Of a stretch of 20,000 nucleotides of DNA, positions 15,901 to 20,000 are shown piece after piece. The first letter of the stretch is position 1, and the number at the start of each line of letters is the position of its first letter. The notes under the pieces are model-generated. The model saw only the letters and a program-made list of their open reading frames with translations, did no database searches and was not told the DNA's origin. The stretch is from Paramecium tetraurelia (Eukaryota): positions 487,436 through 507,435 of the forward strand of contig CT868274.1 of the NCBI GenBank assembly GCA_000165425.1, given 5' to 3'. The translations under genes were made by a program, and so were the position numbers.

Positions 15901-18900
15901 GATATATTAATTAAGATTTTACCTTTATTTCGATTGTGGATTATATAGGTAGATTCATTAAAGGAACTTAAAGATACTTAGGATAAATTAAATGAAATCA
16001 CTAGAATTGTCCCTACAATAAATCATAAGATTTGTATTATCATCAGAAATCACAAAGAAACTGAAGAAATTATAAAAGAATTTAATAAAATTCAACTTAA
16101 ATATGAAAGTGACGGAATAAGGATACATAAAATAATCGATCTAGATTAGAAAGGCTTAGATAAATCTATAAGGGAAATGGAATTATAAAATGCCTAAACT
16201 TTTATTTTTAAAGAAATTTAATATCGAAATAAAATAACAGCATCCAAAAACGACCAAGAATTTTTAAACGTTATAAAAACATTTGATACAGATTAAAGAC
16301 TAATATCCAAATAATTTATTGAAGATAGAGCAATTATAAAAGATTTAGAGGAGGAATTAAATAGATTGATTTAAAAGCCTTTTGGATTTTATGATCAAGA
16401 AGCATTTCCAATTAGATCAATTGAGTATAAATTAAAAGTTCTTAAAGAAAAATAAAATGAAAGCATTCAACAAATCAATAATTAAGGATAAAATGAAACC
16501 CAATCCAAAATTAATCAAAAGAATGTTATGTTATCTAACAATTAATTACTGTAGCAAGATATAAAGAATTAAATTACTGATTTAGAAGTTCAAATCAAGA
16601 ATGCTTAATTATCAAACATTTTAAAAATATTTTGCAAAATATTTAATTAAAGTTCTTATTATATTCTCTATTTATAATTTACAGATTAAGTTCGAAAGTT
16701 TAATGAAATAAACACTTACAAATTGTAGGAAGAAAATTAAGAAATCAATGATTCATTGATGAAGCTAAAAAAAGAAAGAGATATACTGAAGCAAAAAAAG
16801 TCTGAACTTAAGAAAGAATCTAGTTTAGTGATATTTGAGGATGAAAAAAATAAAGAATATAAAAAAAAATTCAGATGAACTCAAAGTGAGAACTGAAAAA
16901 AAATTTAGAAGATATTGGATTTAGAAATATAGGGATCGAAATGTTTTGGAGAGAACTGATTGCGATAAATCAAAGAAGTAATGCTAACACAATAATTGAC
17001 CCTACAGATAAGGTTTATGAAATGATTAAGAAAGGTGAACCTTTTGAATTTCTTGACGGGGATTCTCTTTAAATTAATGAAAGATTTTTAGAATCATTAA
17101 AAAGCAAATTTACAGGTTTAGGAAATGAGAGGGTTTTGGTATTAAGTGTTTTAGGGCCTTAAAGCTCAGGTAAATCTACAATTTTAAATAAAATATTTGG
17201 GTGTCATTTTTGGACCAGCGTTGGCAGATGTACGAAGGGAATTTATTTGAATTTGTTGAAAATATAATTTAAGGAATACTTTCATAATTTATTTGATTAT
17301 ATATTGATACTTGATTCGGAAGGACTACAGAATCCTAATTAGGTTGATCCAGAATTTGATAAAAAGATTGCGCTATTTGTATTGGCTATAAGTGATATAA
17401 TTTTGATAAATGTTAAAGGAGATATACACCAACAATTTAGAAATTTAGTTGAAATGTGCATTTTTACTTTAGTGAGTTTAAAAACTAATCTCTCTTCAAT
17501 AAAATAATTAACTTGGTGTTTTAATTAAAATAATGACGCAAACAATTTCGCTCCATTTTTAAACTAAATTCAAGGAATTGCCAGCAGCTTAAACACAGAA
17601 TATAATGGTGAAGGAGAAGAAAAAAATGCAACTATCGATTATAATGAATTTTTAAATATATCAAAAGAAAATATTTAAATACTAGGATTTGCATGTATAG
17701 AAAGGTTATGGAGGTAGAATGAAGGCTTGGGTATTCCTAAAGATTGGAGATAATTAATTATAAATGAAACCTTCTCAGAGGAGGCATACATTTTTGGAAT
17801 TAGAATGATTAAGAATTTTATTCAAAAGTTTTAATCATAAGCTGCTGATACATCCCAAATGTAAAGTTTAAGTCTATTCATCTAAAATATTAATACTAAT
17901 TGGTAAAGTATCTGTAATTTACCAGATTTATTGGAATTTGCTGAATTAATGTAATATAAACAGGATTAATAAATGAAAAAGTATTTTGAACAAATTCTAT
18001 CATCAGAGAAAAATAAATTTAGTTTTCTGGATGAAATAGGAAGAGATATTGTTGATCAAATCCATAACAACCCTGCGAAAAATTTGGCTGAGTTTGATAA
18101 AATTTCGAATGATAAGAACTAGGATCTTATAAATAAATTAAATCAGAATGAAAAAGTTATTTAAGAAAAACTCCTTGAATTTAAATAAAACTAGAAAATT
18201 TCAAAAAAGATTTACCTTAAATATATGAGACAATTAAACCAGCATATTAATAGCTTAATAAAGACTTCAGAAGTTACATTATTTGAAGAAATAAAAAATA
18301 GAGAAACAGAGTATTAAAATAAAAGAGGGTTTAAGTCACTTGATGAATATATTCTTGGTGTTAGCTCTGATCCAAAAAAATTAGCTATCCTCAAAGTAAA
18401 TGAGGCGTAAATTATTCAAGCATTTAATGCATTATGGGATTAAATTAGAAATGAATAATGGCAAAAATAAGGTGAAATTATAAGAGAATATTCTATCAAG
18501 CAATTTCAATGTATATCAACATCATTCAATGAGTACTTATTAAAAACAGAAAATGAGAAAAATTATATTAGTTCCTTTCTTTAAAATATAAACAATAATT
18601 CTCCTTTCAGACAAGATTTTGATGAGAGAGGATAAATTTATAATATTTTTGAATAAGAATTAAAAAAATAAAATTAAACCTAATTTCGAACTATTCCTTT
18701 ATTAAAGGAAAAAATGAGATACGAAAGGATTTTCAATTACAATTTAGAGTAGAGAATGAAAAAGTAGAAGACAAAATATGATGTTATGGATATTAACAAT
18801 TTTTACTAATTCGAAATAAAAATTGATTTCATTGAAAAAAATTCATTATTTGATTACCTCAAAAGTAAAAATGGAAAAGCTAAGATACTTGAAGATTTGG

Positions 18901-20000
18901 AATAAATATTTCAAAATGCTGAATAAAATGAAATAAATAAATAAAAACATCACAATTAATAAGGTGATTAGCTTATCTAAAAGGCTTAATATATCATTTC
19001 TTAAGTTTAAAATTTATTGTAGTTTTTGGATTTTTTTGATTGCAAATATGACAATTAACTTAAGATAGTAGTAGAAAACACAATAAAAGATAAGGATAAG
19101 ATTTGGTTTTGGTAAAATTACAATGAAATTGTGATCAAATCTGTTAAATAATTGTTAGCTTCAGTTTAGACTATTGCAAATAAAAATGTATAATCCTTAA
19201 TGAACTCCAAAATTAACTTTGTGAAACATTTATAGGAAAGTAACTAAGGTTTAAATTTGAAATCCGTTGAAAGGATATGCCGAATAGAAAAAGAGGTAGA
19301 AGAATTTATTTCCAATTTTTAACATCTCATAATAAATATTGAAAAAAAAATAATTCCCTAACAAAAATACAAAATGTTAGAAGACAGCTTATAATATATT
19401 TAAAAGAAGGGTGCTTATGATTAGCATTTTAAATAATATTTTGTTCATGATTTTTAAAAAATTATGTTTGAAGAAAATTAATTAAATTTGTAAAAAGAGA
19501 ATTGCCAAAGGAATGGGTTTTCAAAATTTTAGCATTTAAATAGCTGGCAGATGATGTATTTTTCAATTTATGAATTAATAAAATCCGAAATGAGAAAACC
19601 TCATTAAAAAGTAAAAAATAAAAAAGAAGATAGTGATAGCGAAGAAATTGCTGAATAAAACATCAGCTTGATTAAGTACATTATGTCAAAAATTGAACTG
19701 GAAATTAATGAATATAATAATTCTTTAGCTAATTTTGGGATTATACTAACTGGAATTGGAGAAAGATGTATATATTATTATTCAATGTTAATAATTTGGA
19801 GATTCACCTGCTATAAAAAATGTAAAGGGGTTGAAGATAGTAAATAAAAGTTTGAGGAACTTAAAAAAAATTAATTATAGAAATTTATTGCTGACATCAA
19901 ATAAAACAAAACTGAATAAAGTTAATTAAAAGCATAGGTTTTTATTAGAAATTATTATAAACGATTAATCCCTAGCCCATAGGGGCCTCTCCCTGCTAGA
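12913..20000 (+). CDS. Very large inducible GTPase (VLIG/GVIN1/URGCP-type) giant GTPase, >2300 aa, 3' end outside the window; frame disruptions near 13690 and 16870-16905 (possible pseudogene or assembly errors)
   Basis: Long TGA-free frames 12969-13691, ~13705-16875 and 16890-20000. VLIG hallmarks: RNIGIEMFWRELI, KGEPFEFLDGD, VLSVLGPQSSGKSTILNKIFGCHFWTSVGRCTKG (P-loop 17154-17177), LILDSEGL (17313), FDKKIALFVLAISDIILINVKG. Start is uncertain (12886, 12913 with intron 12944-12966, or 12969). Confidence 0.82.

Noticed and set aside
16861..16905. Euplotes-type +1 programmed frameshift
   Set aside because: That signal is AAA followed by a stop codon. Here AAA is followed by TTC/TTT, and TAA/TAG are sense codons.
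16851..16907. Retained IES as the cause of the GTPase frame break
   Set aside because: TA-to-TA excisions of 46, 48 or 55 nt do not give the required 3n+2 shift.

Overview
AT-rich eukaryotic DNA read with the ciliate nuclear code (TAA/TAG = Gln, TGA the only stop) and carrying tiny 22-31 nt GT-AG introns. This points to a Paramecium-type macronuclear chromosome and explains why the supplied standard-code ORF track shows only fragments. Manual translation gives eight tightly packed genes: an SF-assemblin-like gene (partial, -), an ODA-DC2/CCDC114-like docking complex subunit (+), an MFSD1-like transporter (+), a 918-aa coiled-coil protein (-), a Na+/K+-ATPase-alpha-like P-type IIC pump with altered ion-site residues (+), a TRAPP/sybindin-family subunit (-), an orphan with a probable C-terminal GNAT fold (-), and a >7 kb VLIG/GVIN1-type giant GTPase that has a degenerate plus an intact G domain and frame disruptions and runs off the right end (+). 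The most interesting items are the giant GTPase with its head-to-head GNAT-like neighbour, and the non-canonical P-IIC pump. All family assignments come from motif recognition, not database searches.
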